This document shows, in pieces, positions 1-14,336 of a stretch of DNA of 64,000 nt. Numbering within the stretch: the first letter of the stretch is position 1; each line of letters begins with the position of its first letter. The position numbers and the translations under genes are program-made. The DNA lies in contig NW_026250412.1 of assembly GCF_024521635.1 (NCBI RefSeq), positions 1,054,001 through 1,118,000 on the forward strand, written 5' to 3'. The notes beneath the pieces were generated by a model, which saw nothing but the letters and a program-made list of their open reading frames with translations, searched no databases and had not been told where the DNA came from. Origin of the DNA: Tricharina praecox. Lineage: Eukaryota.

Positions 1-504
1 AATCTTCGCCACGGGCGGAGCCAGAGCCTCAGACGTAGCCTCAGACGCCGACGTATCAGACGTAGACACAGATTCCAGCGGGACCGACATCGGCACGGGC
101 CCGTCAAGTTCCTCACTGACGACCCTCCTGGCAGCAGCAGCAGCCGCCAGCACCGTCCTCTTCTGCTCCGGCAAGCTGACCCTCCTCCTGCCGGCCACCA
201 TCCGCGCCTTCCCTTTCCTGATGATCCGCTTGGGCGGGGGCGTGATCTTGACTACCGGCCGCTCCACATCCTGGACCTCCCAGCGTGCAAACGTCTTCCG
301 GATCGACCGCCGGATTTGGGAGCGGGGGAGCGTGCTGGCCCCTGGCGTGACGATACTGGCAATGGTCCGTTTCCGCGGCAGCGGAGATTTGCGGGTTGCG
401 GGTGTGGATGATAGGGCTTCGAATTTGGCGATTAGGCTGGATACTCGCGCAGCGACTTTGCGGGTGAAGGAGGGGCGGTTGGGGATGGGGGGTATGGGCG
501 CCAT
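1..504 (-). CDS. 5' part of a hypothetical low-complexity protein running off the window start
   Basis: Manual translation from ATG at 504: MAPIPPIPNRPSFTRKVAARVSSLIAKFEALSS...PVAKI. No stop over 168 codons to position 1. Not in the ORF track because it has no stop. Confidence 0.55.
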   Translation of the reverse strand, partial: MAPIPPIPNRPSFTRKVAARVSSLIAKFEALSSTPATRKSPLPRKRTIASIVTPGASTLPRSQIRRSIRKTFARWEVQDVERPVVKITPPPKRIIRKGKARMVAGRRRVSLPEQKRTVLAAAAAARRVVSEELDGPVPMSVPLESVSTSDTSASEATSEALAPPVAKI

Positions 505-860
505 GACGATGGCTGCTGGGAGGCTAACGGATGGAGATGGGGTTTATGATGGTGGTGGAGAGTGGTGGAGAGTGGTGGAGGAGAGGGCAAGACATGGGAA
601 ACCAGTGGTAATGGGCGACGTCAATAGTCGCTGCAGGGCCGTCCTGTTTGGGACACTGGTGGATGTTGGCCACAGTGGTAGCAGTAGACGGCAACGGGAG
701 GATGGGAGGATGAATGATCCGAAACTCTGCTGTACAAGACCAAACTCCAAATGAGGTAAGGAAGCAGCAGAGCAGATACACAAATCTACACCCAAATCGA
801 AAACATAATCAATAACGAGGGCATAGCAATCCTCAGTAGTATAAATGCATCAGTCATTCA

Positions 861-1925
<1,065 letters not shown>

Positions 1926-2660
1926 GATTGGATTGGGCGGGCGTGTGTTGGGTGAAGAAGACGATTGAGTTTGAAATTGAAGAAGATGGAAGCAGAGGGC
2001 TGTTCTGTTGTCGTTCGGTCGGTCGGTTCAGGGATGGACGGAAGGGTTGTGTGTTGTGGTGGTTGTTAACGTGTTCGGCGTGGTCCGTGTGTATGGGGTT
2101 TAGTGTCGTGGCTTTCCCGTGAGCTCTGGTCTGGCTGGGTTCGTGTTGACTTGATGTTAGGGGAGCTCTGGCTTGCTCGGCTGTGGTTTGCCAAGACGGA
2201 TGGATGCAGGGTGTCCATGGAGCTGACCGCGAGGCCGCGAATCTCGATGGGAAAGACCATAAGACACACAACGGCAACATCTTCAATGCGATGGGCTGAA
2301 GCTGACTGACTGACTGACTGACATAGAATTATTTTAGGTGACGGTGATACGAGTCGTTATCACCGTCACAATATGTACCATGAACGACAAACAGCAAAAG
2401 GAAGCCCAGGATACAACAGACCAAGTTACCGACTCTCTAGACATCGACAGGAAGTAAGAAAGGAAGGAAGGAATGAACAGGAAAAAAAATGCGGCTGAAA
2501 GCAATGGGAACCATCGATCTCTAGCCTAAAGTAATACATGCACCACCGCCGCAAAGAAACGAGAAAAAGAAACAATCAACAGAACAGGCGCGCGCGCATC
2601 ATTTAACTCGTCCATCCATAGACCCCTCCGTGACAAACCCGACTAAGCCAATCTAGTCCC

Positions 2661-5600
2661 TTATAACACAATATATAGTTCATGCCTCAGCAGTCTCTCC
2701 TCATCGAGGTTGGGGTAGTACGGCACCAACGCATCCGCACTCTGCACGTAAGCATTATTGTACAGCCGCCAGTACGGCGTGCGGACCTTTCGCGCGGGGT
2801 GGAACAATCCAGCCCATACGTAGTTCATGACCAAACCAGGTCCTATCGCCATTCTGATCGCATCCACAGCTTCGATGATACGGTCGATGACGTGGGGAGA
2901 TGTCTCAAAGATGTTAGGAAAGATCAAGTTGAGCAGATGCATCATGGCATCCTCGCAACCGAGACCAACAACGCCGAGGGCGATATGCTTGACAACCGAT
3001 GCGGCGGTCTGTCGGTGCACTTGGTCTCTGTCGATGAGGGCGTCCTCGAGGAGCGGGGTGATCGCGTAGACATAGTCTTTAGCCATCTCTCCAATGTACT
3101 CGAACAAAAACGACATAGCCTTGAGCACACCGTTCTGGACGTTCAATTCGGGGACACGGTATTCGTTCATGAGGGCAGGAAGAACAGTGAACGGAGCACA
3201 AGTCTCGGCAACGATACCGATGGCGACAGCAGTACAGACACGGGACTGACGCTCTTGGACACGCAGGTTGTTGAGTAGTGTTGCGAGCACATCCTGAGGA
3301 CCGATGGCCTTTGCGATGAAACCAAAAGTGTTGTTGGCAGCTCGTCGGATACCCTTCTTGTGTGCCTTCAACATGTCGAGCAACTCGAAGCAGATTCTCA
3401 TCCACTCTCGCGCACTGACGAATTCGGCTCCACGGTCCGCGATACGGCCAACAAGGTCGATCGTGTTCTCCTGCACCTTCTCGTGTCGATTTCGCAGAAT
3501 AGGCGTCAACCGGGGAAGAAGATCCTTGATGGGGGGCTGCATGCTGTTGATACCGACAACCGTGACAATGGATCGCAAAGCACCCAGGATGGAACCAAGG
3601 ACTTCGGGGTACTCTTCACCAAGGTACTCGTAGAGAACAATACCAAGCTTGCCCATCAACGCGTCTTCACCACATTGTTTCTGTGATTGTTAGTAACTGC
3701 GCATCAAAAGAAGAGAGGAGTGAATGGCGTACCATGACAACCGCAATTCGAGAGATCAAATCCGCGCTCTGCTGACGCACTGCCGAGCTCTTGTTGTTCA
3801 GTCGCCACAAAATGGTACTGACGATCTGAGGAAGGTACGGCTTCGTGCGTGTTCCGAGCGCATTGACAACGGTACCGAAGCCGTTCAGCATGACGATGTC
3901 TTCGATGCTCTGTTCCTGGAACGCAAACAAGACACCATCAACAAGCCTCTCTTCCAACCGTTCGCCGACGTCGGCGGCTCCCAGCGAAGCGATAACCTTC
4001 TCCACACTTTCGAGTGTCATCTTTCGGTAGGGCTCGCTTTCATCCTTGAGGTGGTCAACAATTCGCTCAATGATTTCACCGCACCCAACCTTCTGCGCGA
4101 GATCGACCGTCGTCTCCACCACTTGGCGGTAGTTGCGCTTGTCCAACGCCATGCGTCTGATCCAGAACGCTTTGAAGAACTCTGGCAGAACGTGCTCTTT
4201 GAGATAGGCTGCCGTAACACCCTCGGTTCCGGCACACTGACTGACGACCTTCAAGACGACCTTCTTCATCTCCTCGTCAGGACTCTGAAACTCTCGAAGT
4301 ACAATGCCCATGACCTCGCCAGTGTAGTAGTTGGCATACTCTTCGTCCATCAACGGGATCACATACCCAACTGCCTTCAAGAAACCAGCCAGACCCTTAC
4401 CCCTCTGCTTCTTCGCACCGGTCCACAGAGGTTGGAGGATGGTGTCGAAACTCTCGATACCATAGGGGTGGGCGGCCTCAGCGAGCGCAGCAATTGCCAA
4501 ACTGGTGACAGTGCGGACCTTGGCTTGCTCGTCCTCGAGGTTGGGGCCGATACACTCTACCAGACCCTTCAAGTGAGGCAGAATAGCGCAGCCCATCAAG
4601 ATGGGAATTTGCTGCACGATCTTGACACCGGTGTGACGGGCCTGCCAACTCTTCTTAGACCGGCAAACAGCTCGCAAGAAGGGAAGCAGCGCCGGTATAC
4701 CGAGAGCGGAGGCGACGACAGCGAACGCGCGGGCAGTGGTGTTTCGCACGTACTCATCGACGTGATCGATATCGGGTCTCATGGTGGAGATCATGTGGGC
4801 CAAACCGGCGGCCTTCGACAAGTTGCTGATAATCTCGCGACCCTCGACCCGGGCATAGTAGTCCTGATCAATCAAGAGAGGCTCGATGACAACCAAGATC
4901 TTGTGGGTGTAGGGCCGAACAAGATCATCCAACTTGTACAGGATACGGTCGATGACCTTGACAAGCAAATGACGCTCCTGGTCCTCTAGAGTCTTCTCCA
5001 TCAACAACGGAAGAATCTGGTTGAACAGAGGTCCAGCCCCGAATTGTCGAGCGTTGTCGGTAAGCTGACGAAGTGCAGTCTTTCGCATTGGTGGAGTGCC
5101 GTTCTTGACTTTCAAGAGAAGACGCATGATCTTGCGCTCTTTCAACTCGTCGACCGTCATCTGGTTCTCATCTGCACCATCCACCAACTTTCCAAAATAC
5201 TGCATATCTTCAGCCTTGAAGAACTGGAGATCGCCGACACCGGGAATGTCGGTGGGCATCTGTTTACCCAAGACCCTTGCGTTCTCCGGCTCTTGCATCA
5301 TGAAGCCACCAATTCCGGATGCCGAGCCCATAGGTGCAGGCGTCGACATGAGCTTCCGTGCCGGTGTGCGAATGGGAGCGTATCCTGCAGGTGGCTCAAG
5401 GATCTTGTAGCCTTCCTTCGGCAGCATGTCGTCCAACTCCTCGTCTGAAAGCGGCGCATTCCTATCTCCAAGGCCGAACGTGAGCGGCATCTGGGGAACG
5501 GACGCGGAAGAGGACGGGTGCATCGGAGTCACGAGACCCTGGTTTCCGACTGGAGTGGCGGCAGAGAGCGACGGTGCCTGGTCCCATCGAGATCTCTTGA

Positions 5601-6472
5601 CCACTGGTGTAGCATCCGGTGCACCTGCAACATCCCACCGGCTCGATCGTGGTTTTTTGGTGGCTTCATCGCTTTCCTTAGTGGTGACCGCGCCCTCGCC
5701 AGCAACATCCCATCGCTTCTTCTGCAAAGATCTTAATAACCAATAAACCAAGAAATCGGGAATGCACACGTACTCTCTTCCTTGTGCCCTCTGCTGCGCT
5801 ATCCCCTCCTTTGTCGTCCGCCTTCAACGTCGCCTCGTGCTCAACGCCTTCCATCTTGTCGCCGTTCTTCAGCTTTTCTTCAATCTTGCGTCGAACACGT
5901 TCCTCCTCACGCTCCAACTCGCGCTCCTGCATGACCTCCTTGTAACTTCGGCCGTCTGTATCGGCTTCACTGCCGTTGGCAAATCCATCCTTCCGGGTTG
6001 GCGACAACTTTCGTGCAAATCTCCGCTTCTGGTAGTCGGTCTCGCGGTCGGCAATCTGGCTACCCTTCGCATGGTCGGCCATCTGATCTATGTCATCATT
6101 GCCACCTGCAAACTCGTTCATCATCTCTTTCGTCGCAGTGTATTGCCCCACCAGGCGGCGCGTTCCGTCGCCACCGACCATATCGGCATCGTCATCCTCG
6201 CCATCAATAGCGATCGAGGTGTTGTATCCGGCAAACTTGTCCACTCCAGCACGGTCGTACAGAGTGGTGTCGAAGGTGTCGGTAAAGGCAACTTTCGTCG
6301 AAGAACTCTCCCGCTGGGTCTCCGGATCGAAAGCCTTTGACTTCTTTGCACTATTCCGCTCCTGCTGCAGGCGGCGGATCTCTGTGAAGGCCTCTACAAA
6401 TGGACAGTCAGAATCTGCACTTCTTTTCTTCCGTTGTTTACGCGACTTGGAGGAGAGATTACCGTCAGCCAT
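2661..6472 (-). CDS. SF3B1: U2 snRNP splicing factor SF3B1 (Hsh155/Prp10), multi-exon
   Basis: RWD repeats, [23 protein letters not shown] repeats ([29 protein letters not shown]). ORFs 5678-6472, 3667-5769 and 2661-3659 are joined by short introns. Confidence 0.97.
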
Positions 6473-8312
6473 GGCGACAAAGATCAGACGGCCTGACTAT
6501 ACCAGAAAAACGAGATGACGCGCAGGGGCACGTATTGAAGGTGGGTGTGCGAGTGCGTCGGGTGTAGGGTGATTGAGCGTGTGGTGTTTGCTTCTGTGGT
6601 CGGGGGGCGTGGCGATGGAGGCGATGGAGGTGATGTCGAGCGCAGATTGAATTTTCGAGATTCGAGTGGTGCAGGCTCCAAACACGCGTCTAATGGTTGG
6701 GGGTTTTGGGTGGTGGGAAGGAGGTGGAGTAGACGAGAGGCAAAGCCGGACGGAGGACAGACAGACTTAACGACGACTTGTGATAACAAGGGGGTGTTGC
6801 AGAGTTGCCCATTAGTGGTGCGAGCGAGCGATTGTGGCGATTTGATTGGCTGGAGACAGAGAGTGTGGCTGACGTGCTTTGTGTGGCAAAGCCTGTGTGG
6901 CACAGCCTGCTGGCTTGGCTTGTATGTTTCCGGCGTCAGTGGCTGACGCTATTTCCATGTGTGGCCCGACGTGTGGCTTTCTGCAGTAATCCACACTATT
7001 ACCACTGCAAGGTGTGGCTTGGCACATCGCTCCTCGTTGTTTGAGTCGCTCCCTCACACCCTCCCTGTTTCTTCATCCTTCTTCCAAAGTTCCTTCCTTC
7101 TTCCTTCCACACTCTCCCCACAACTACTACACCTGCCCCACTCTTGCATCACCTACTTCTTCGCCCTCTCTCAACATACTCCCAAACTCTTGCTGACCAC
7201 CTCACCACCCCTTTGTTAACTAGCACCATCACGAAGAAAACAGACACTTCCACGCAATCCCCGTGTACCTGTGATTGTCGTTCTCTTCGCGCGCGACTAC
7301 AACTCGGCATCGCTCTCTCGCTCTCTCGCTTCTTCCGAGACCGCGACATCGCAAATCGACAAACTCTCTGACTCCCGGAAAAGAACACGCTAGATTTCAC
7401 CAAACTCAACCAACACACGAGTGACAACACACTCGACAGCTTCAGCCTCATCGACCCGCGAGTCTTGAAACGGTACACACGACACGCGACATCTAACGCT
7501 CATTCTGAACCGGAGATCATCGAAACCTACCCTCGGCTCCACGGCAACAACCACAACCACAGATTTCGCCGATTCTTCCCGCTCTTAACAACTCATAGCA
7601 CTCACTGGGTGGGGGTTTTCTGCATCGGTCGCTTTGCTCAACCTCGTCGGGTTGGTACTACTTGTGCACAAGCAAGAATTTCAAGAGTTGGCTTTCTTTT
7701 TGTGTTGGCAACTTCGCTCGTCGCTCGCTCGCGCTGGTTTTCTTTCAAGTCGAACTTTTTGTACCCGCCGCTAGATTCTAGTCGGTGGCAGTTGGCTTGT
7801 GGTCCCTTTGAGGCTCAGGTTCTGTCATCCATCTGTCAGTCTGGTGGTTTTACCTTCCTGTCAACTCCTTACTTTGTGTGTTTGAACATTCCCCGAGATA
7901 AATATACCACGCTTTTCAACGGAAAAAAAAAGAGAGAGAAGAGAGAGAAAGCACGAAGGGAGAGCGAAGAGAGAGAATTAAAGAGGCGATCTTTGTTGTG
8001 TATAGAGTTTTTGTGGATCGACACCTGAATCCGACAGACTTCTTCAACTGACCGGCAGCTTCTCCGGTTCACAACCTGCCAATAGCCTCTTGCGATAGAA
8101 AGGGGGAAGGAAGAGATAAAATCAACTTCATTTTCGCACTCATACCCGATCACCGAGGAAGAGGCAAGACGGAACGGTCCTTCTGCCACTCCCATTCCAT
8201 CATTTGTACTTTGTGAAGGACTTGGAATCGCAGATTCTCAGCATCAGCACAAGACCGCCAGCACGAACGGCCTTCACCATCCGAACACGAGTACCTACTA
8301 CAACAAGTCGCG

Positions 8313-10550
8313 ATGTCTTCTTCAGTATTCTTCAAGTTCAAATCGCAAAAGGAACCGTCGCGGGTTGCTTTTGACGGAACCGGAATTTCGGTGTTTGAGC
8401 TCAAGAGACAGATTATCCAGATCAACCGGCTAGGAGATGGTTCAGACTTCGATCTGGCTATTTTCAATCAAGACACCAATGAAGGTTCGTGGATGGCGAG
8501 AATCTGGCCGTAGCTAATTTGTAATGGATGATGCTAATATATGGCTGTTAAGCTTACGACGATGACACGACGATAATACCGCGTTCCACGTCGATTATCG
8601 CGAAGCGGCTTCCTCCCTCGAAGCCAGGACGCGGTACTGCCCAGCGCTACGTCAGCGGCAAGATGCCCACTACTGCTCTGCCAAATGCTGGACGGCGAGA
8701 GAAGAACTTTGGCACGACCGCACAGCCTGCCAAGAAGCCTGAAGCAGAGCACAGCGATGGACACAGCAATGCGCCGCTTCCGACTGGTCCGGAATCCGAG
8801 GAGGACAAAATTGCGGCGATGTTCCAGGCCCAAGATGAACAGTGGAACAAGACGCAGGAGCAACTGGCAACGTATGTAGACCCCTAAGTTTGTTTCATGT
8901 ATGTTGACTGACATTCAATGCCAGTGCGACACCTGTCTACCGGGGTGGAAACCAGGGATTCAAGAAGAACGCGGCACCTGCGCCCAGTCATCCTCCACCG
9001 GCCGGATATGTTTGTTACCGTTGTGGGGAGAAAGGTCGGTGATAATCCGTTAATACCGGTTTGCAACCGCTAATGTCTATACAGGCCATTGGATTCAGCA
9101 GTGCCCAACCAACGCAGACCCCAACTTCGATGGTCGGCCACGGATCAAGCGCACGACCGGTATTCCGCGGTCTTTCCTCAAGACTGTCGAGAAGCCTATG
9201 CCGCAGGCCAACGACGACCCGACGCTCAACTCGTCCAACCCAACTTCTGTAATGGTTAACGCGGATGGTGAATACGTTGTCGCGATTGCCGATCAAGCAT
9301 CGTGGGAGTCGTACCAGAAGAAGGCCGGCGGCGTGGCGAGCAAGGCCGAAGAACCTAAGGGTAGCAAGGAGCTGCAGGACAGAGGCATCGAATGTAGCAT
9401 GTGCCACAAGATGATGAGAGATGCGGTCAAGACGCCCTGCTGCAAGAACGTGTACTGTGAGGAGTGTATACAAAACGCATTGCTGGAGAGCGATTTTGTT
9501 TGTCCTACATGTGATGCTAAGGAGATACTGTTGGATTCTTTGCATCCGGATATTGAGACAAGGAATAAAGTCGAAGAGTACAAGAAAGAGAAGGAAAACG
9601 GGGGTGTCAAGAAGGCGGTCGATGCACCGATAGCCCAGGATAATCACAAAGTTGTTCCCGCTGTTATCCCCCCCGCTGCGCCTGCCGCGATGAGGGTCGT
9701 TGCTCCTGCGAACAGGTCACCCTCGGTCACTAAGTCCTCAGCGAGCAGCACTCCTATCCCATCCACGGCTACCATGTCAAAGAAGCGCCCCGCCGAAGAC
9801 GACCTCGGCCCCGAAGTCCCTCGTGGCCCTGCCGCTATGCGGAACCAGCAGCAGACGATGCAGCACCAGCAGCAGCACCACCAACAACAGCACCAGCACC
9901 AGCAGCAGCAGCAACAACAGCAACAACAGCAGCAGCAACAGTTCCAGATCCAAAGCGCCTACGGACCCGCCGCCGGCCAGAATATGTATAACGCGCAAGC
10001 CTTTCAGCAACAGTACCCCAACCACGGCCAGCAGGCGTATGGCGGCAACGGCTACGGCGGCTTCAACAACGGCGGGATGGGCATGGACATGAACGGTATG
10101 AACGGCATGGGCGGTGGCGCCGGCTACGCGTACAACGCCAACCAAGGCTACAACTTCCAAGGCGGCGCCAACAGCTTCCAGCAGCAGCACCACCAGCAGC
10201 ACCAGCAGCAGTTCAACTTCCCGCACGCAGGCTACAACGGCTACAACCAGGCGGGCTTCCAGCAGCAGCACCAACAGCAGCAGCAACAGCACCAACAACA
10301 CCAGCAGTTCAACAAATTCCCCATGGGCTTGTCGCAGGGCTCCAACGTCAACGTCAACATCACGCCCAACGCCAATGGCGGCATGGGCTACGGGCCCTTC
10401 GCGAACCAGCAGAAGACGGTGTTTAGCGAGCCGTTCCCTAGCGAAGAGGACAGTCCGTACATGCGCAAGCCGGTCAATCCCCACCGCCACGCAAGGCCGA
10501 AGAGGATTCGCCCAAGCGACTTCAAGGCGGTTGGTGGAGAGATGATGTAG
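8313..10550 (+). CDS. MPE1: MPE1/RBBP6-like cleavage and polyadenylation factor subunit (DWNN, zinc knuckle, RING, Q-rich tail)
   Basis: MSSSVFFKFKSQKEPSRV (DWNN), PPPGYVCYRCGEKGHWIQQCP zinc knuckle split by an intron, CSMC...TPCC...YCEECI...CPTC RING. Three introns. Confidence 0.93.
9847..9940 (+). repeat. CAG/CAA/CAC polyQ/H microsatellite in the MPE1 coding region (further tracts at ~10180-10310)
   Basis: Read directly from the sequence. Confidence 0.9.
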
Positions 10551-11411
10551 AATGTCAACTTGCTGCCGACGCCGACGCCGGCGGCGGAGGTGGATATATA
10601 AAATGTCCGTGGTGCTGGTGCTGGTGCTGGTGGTGTGTTTGCTTCGCGGGATGTAACTTACTTTCTTCTTGTCTTTTCTTCTGACTGACTGACTGGCTTT
10701 ATGTCCCTTTGCTTGTCGTTGCTTGTCTACTTTGCTTTTACATAGGCGTGAGGGCGTGTTCACGGCGGAGGTTTCTGTTTTTTGTGTTCTGTTTTCTGTC
10801 TTCCGTTTTCTGTTCGCATTTTGTCTTGTCTTCTAGGTAGTGTGTACTTTTTATTGACTAGGTACGTGAGGCGTTCAATTTTTTTGTGTGCTTGTGCTTG
10901 TGCTTGTGCTTGTTTGTGCTTGTGCTGCAATGTAATGTACTTTTACTTATTGGATCGGAGAGGTGGGCAGAAGGGAGATTATCGAGGACTCGGGAGTCGG
11001 GGAGCGGTGGGGTGATGAATGGTACTGGTACTGGTTGATACTGAAGGGGGATTTTTGTTGTGCAAGGAGGGGAATTGAGAGGGGGTGTAAAACTTCAAGT
11101 TCGCTGTGTACGGTTTTCACTGCATTCACTACGATTCCCAGTCCATCATGGGTACCTATGTGAATAAACTCGAGTGAATAGAGAAAGAGAACATCAATTT
11201 ATTGTCGCATACGGCCTACCTAGACTACCTATGGCGAACCGAAACCTGACCTTTCCTGCCTAACTCATGAAGAGTTTCCTCCCAGGATATTACTCGCCCA
11301 AAACGCGCCCTCGAGTGAGCATTGATGCACCCCAACGTCCACACCATGCCCCAGCAAACCCGGCAACTTCCGCTTCGGCACCGTGCCCCACCACGACCAC
11401 CTCCTCCCCCG

Positions 11412-14336
11412 ATGCGGCGCTTCACCACTTCGACCGGCCGTCTCAGCACGGCCGCACACGCGGTCCCTCCGACGAGTCTCAAGTCCTCACTGCTCCTCCC
11501 GCGCACATCGTTCCCGATCCGGCCGTCAACAGACGTCTCACAGCACGCCTCTTTGCTCACACGCTCGACGTCGGAGGTGTACGCACTGCAGAAAGCGCGG
11601 CGAGGAGGTGTGAAGGAGAAGGAGGAGAAGGAGGAGAAGGAGGACTTCGTCCTCCACGATGGCCCGCCCTACGCCAATGGCGAGCTGCACATGGGACACG
11701 CCATGAATAAGATCCTGAAGGACGTGGTGAACCGCGTGGCCGTGCTCGAGGGGAAGCGCGTCACGTACATTCCCGGATGGGACTGTCATGGCTTGCCGAT
11801 TGAGCTTAAGGCACTGCAGGCTGGCGCTGGCGGTGGGAGCGTGACGGATGCGGTCGAGAGGGGGAAGCGCATGACGCCGCTGGAGATACGAAGGCAGGCG
11901 AGGGAGCTGGCGGCAGCGACGGTCGAGAGCCAGCGGAAGGGGTTTGAGAGGTGGGGTGTCATGGCGGAGTGGGAGAAGGCGTATAAGACCATGGATTGCG
12001 CGTATGAAATCTGCCAGCTGGAGGTGTTCAGGGAGATGGTGGGAAGGGGGCTGGTGTATAGACGGTTTAAGCCGGTGTTTTGGTCGCCGAGCTCGGGCAC
12101 GGCGCTGGCGGAGGCGGAGCTCGAGTATAACGAGAAGCATGCTAGTAAGGCCGCGTTCGTCAAGATGCCGCTGCTGGGTGAGGTCGGTGGGGAGGGGGAA
12201 GTGAGTGTGGCCGTGTGGACCACTACGCCGTGGACGCTGCCCGCGAATAAGGCCGTTGCAGTGGGGGAGGAGATGCTGTATGCGGTTGTAGCTACGACGA
12301 GTTACGGGAAGCTCTTGGTAGCGGAGGAGAGGGTGGAGTATCTACGGGGTGCCCTGGAAGGGGAGAAGCTAGAAGTGACCAAGAGCGGAATCATGGGCGC
12401 CGACTTGGTTGGGCTGACATACACACACCCGCTCCTCCCATCGGACACCCCCGCGCACCCGATCATCGCCGCAGACTTTGTTTTGGCAGACTCGGGAACC
12501 GGACTGGTCCACCTGGCACCTGGACATGGAATGGACGACTACCTCGTCTGCCAGAAGCACAACATCCCGCCGTTCTCACCAGTCGACAACAACGGCCGCT
12601 ACACCACCGATACTTTACCACACCTCGTGGGGAAGGAGGTACTCTACGGTGGCACAAAGGCAGTGCTGGACATGCTCGCCTCCTCCGGCTCGCTGCTCCA
12701 CCTGCAGAACAAGTTCGTTCACAAATACCCCTACGACTGGCGAACGAAACTCCCCATCATCGTGCGTGCTACCGCACAATGGTTCGCCGACGCGGAGAAT
12801 ATCAAGGCGCCTGCCGTAGCCGCGCTGGAGGATGTCAAATTCATTCCTGAGAGTGGACGGCCGCGGTTAACGGCATTTGTGAAGGGACGGAATGAATGGT
12901 GTATCTCACGGCAGCGCGCATGGGGAGTCCCTATTCCAGCACTTTACGACGCCGAGACGGGTGTGCCGCTGTTGACGGAGCAGAATGTGGACCATATCAT
13001 CTCCGTCCTTAAGGAGAAGGGAACGGATGCGTGGTTCACCCCCGAGGTCCCGGATGAGATCTTCCTCGCGCCTGAGTACAAGGCTGATGGGAAGACGTAC
13101 ACCCGCGGCATGGAGACAATGGATGTCTGGTTCGACTCTGGTACTTCGTGGTCAACACTCAATGAACGTCTCGGGCGGGAAACAGTCGCCGACCTCTATC
13201 TCGAGGGCAGCGACCAGCACCGCGGCTGGTTCCAAAGCTCGCTGCTGACCTCGATCGCGGCGCGGGGTAAGCCACCGTTCAAACAGATTCTCACACACGG
13301 CTTCGTGCTCGACTCCAAGGGGAAGAAAATGAGCAAATCCCTCGGGAACGTAGTCTCGCCATCAGACGTTACGACCACGCCCAAATCCTCAGTTCCGAAT
13401 ATCAACATCCTCCGCCTATGGGTGGCCTACTCCGATTTCACCAAAGACGTCTCCATCGGCCCCACCGTGCTCTCGCACGTGCACGAGGTCCTCCGCAAGG
13501 CGCGAGTCACCTCCCGCTTCCTCCTCGGCGTCCTCACCGACTGGGACGGGACATACACACCGTACAGTGCGCTCCCACTGCTCGACCGCGTAGCCCTCGC
13601 GCAGCTCCACCGCCTACACACCACCGTCCTCGCATCCACGCGCACCTACAACTTCCAAAAATCCGTGACCTCCCTAGCAGCGTACACCTCGACCGCGCTG
13701 TCGGCATTCTACCTGGACGTGACCAAAGACCGACTATACTCCGACTCCGCTTCATCCCCGCAGCGCCGCGCAGCACAGTCCACCGCCGCGCTCATCCTGC
13801 GCAACTACGTCTCGCTCCTCGCCCCGTTCGTGCCGCTGCTGACACAGGAGGTATGGAGCCACGCGCCGCCGGCGCTGCTTGCCGTCGTGCCCGAGGACGA
13901 GCAGCGCATGCTAAAGTTCTTCACGCCCCAGCAGGAGTGGGAGCAACCCGAGCTCCTGGTCGAGTTCGAGAAGATGCAGGGTGTACATGATGCTGTCAAG
14001 CGCGCGTTCGAGCGCGCGAAGGCGCAAGGAAGGGTTAAGGTTAATCTTGAGGTTGAGGTGGACGTGGTTGTTCCCGAAGGCAGCGAGCTGAGGGAGACGG
14101 TGCAGAGGTGGAGGGCGGATTTGGAGGCGCTGTGTATCGTCTCTGGTGTGGAGATTACTGATGGGGAGAGAAAGGTGGGGATGGAGGCGTGGGAGGAGAC
14201 GGAGGAGTTCGATGGAGGCGTGGTCAAGGTTAGGAAGGCGAGGCATGAAAAGTGTGTTAGGTGCTGGATCTATAAGGCGCCGGCTGTGGGTGGGGTTTGT
14301 GGGAGGTGTCAGGAAGTGCTGGCGGGGGTTGAGTAG
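11412..14336 (+). CDS. ISM1: Mitochondrial isoleucyl-tRNA synthetase, intronless
   Basis: LHDGPPYANGELHMGH (HIGH), PGWDCHGLPIE, WCISRQR, KMSKS, C-terminal CxxC zinc finger. Start placed at MRRFTTSTGRLS (presequence-like); an upstream in-frame ATG is possible. Confidence 0.93.
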   Translation: MRRFTTSTGRLSTAAHAVPPTSLKSSLLLPRTSFPIRPSTDVSQHASLLTRSTSEVYALQKARRGGVKEKEEKEEKEDFVLHDGPPYANGELHMGHAMNKILKDVVNRVAVLEGKRVTYIPGWDCHGLPIELKALQAGAGGGSVTDAVERGKRMTPLEIRRQARELAAATVESQRKGFERWGVMAEWEKAYKTMDCAYEICQLEVFREMVGRGLVYRRFKPVFWSPSSGTALAEAELEYNEKHASKAAFVKMPLLGEVGGEGEVSVAVWTTTPWTLPANKAVAVGEEMLYAVVATTSYGKLLVAEERVEYLRGALEGEKLEVTKSGIMGADLVGLTYTHPLLPSDTPAHPIIAADFVLADSGTGLVHLAPGHGMDDYLVCQKHNIPPFSPVDNNGRYTTDTLPHLVGKEVLYGGTKAVLDMLASSGSLLHLQNKFVHKYPYDWRTKLPIIVRATAQWFADAENIKAPAVAALEDVKFIPESGRPRLTAFVKGRNEWCISRQRAWGVPIPALYDAETGVPLLTEQNVDHIISVLKEKGTDAWFTPEVPDEIFLAPEYKADGKTYTRGMETMDVWFDSGTSWSTLNERLGRETVADLYLEGSDQHRGWFQSSLLTSIAARGKPPFKQILTHGFVLDSKGKKMSKSLGNVVSPSDVTTTPKSSVPNINILRLWVAYSDFTKDVSIGPTVLSHVHEVLRKARVTSRFLLGVLTDWDGTYTPYSALPLLDRVALAQLHRLHTTVLASTRTYNFQKSVTSLAAYTSTALSAFYLDVTKDRLYSDSASSPQRRAAQSTAALILRNYVSLLAPFVPLLTQEVWSHAPPALLAVVPEDEQRMLKFFTPQQEWEQPELLVEFEKMQGVHDAVKRAFERAKAQGRVKVNLEVEVDVVVPEGSELRETVQRWRADLEALCIVSGVEITDGERKVGMEAWEETEEFDGGVVKVRKARHEKCVRCWIYKAPAVGGVCGRCQEVLAGVE

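Noticed and set aside
3724-4989. Long antisense ORFs (this one, 22140-23117, 9777-10763 and others)
   Set aside because: They are shadows of GC-rich codon usage in conserved genes on the opposite strand.
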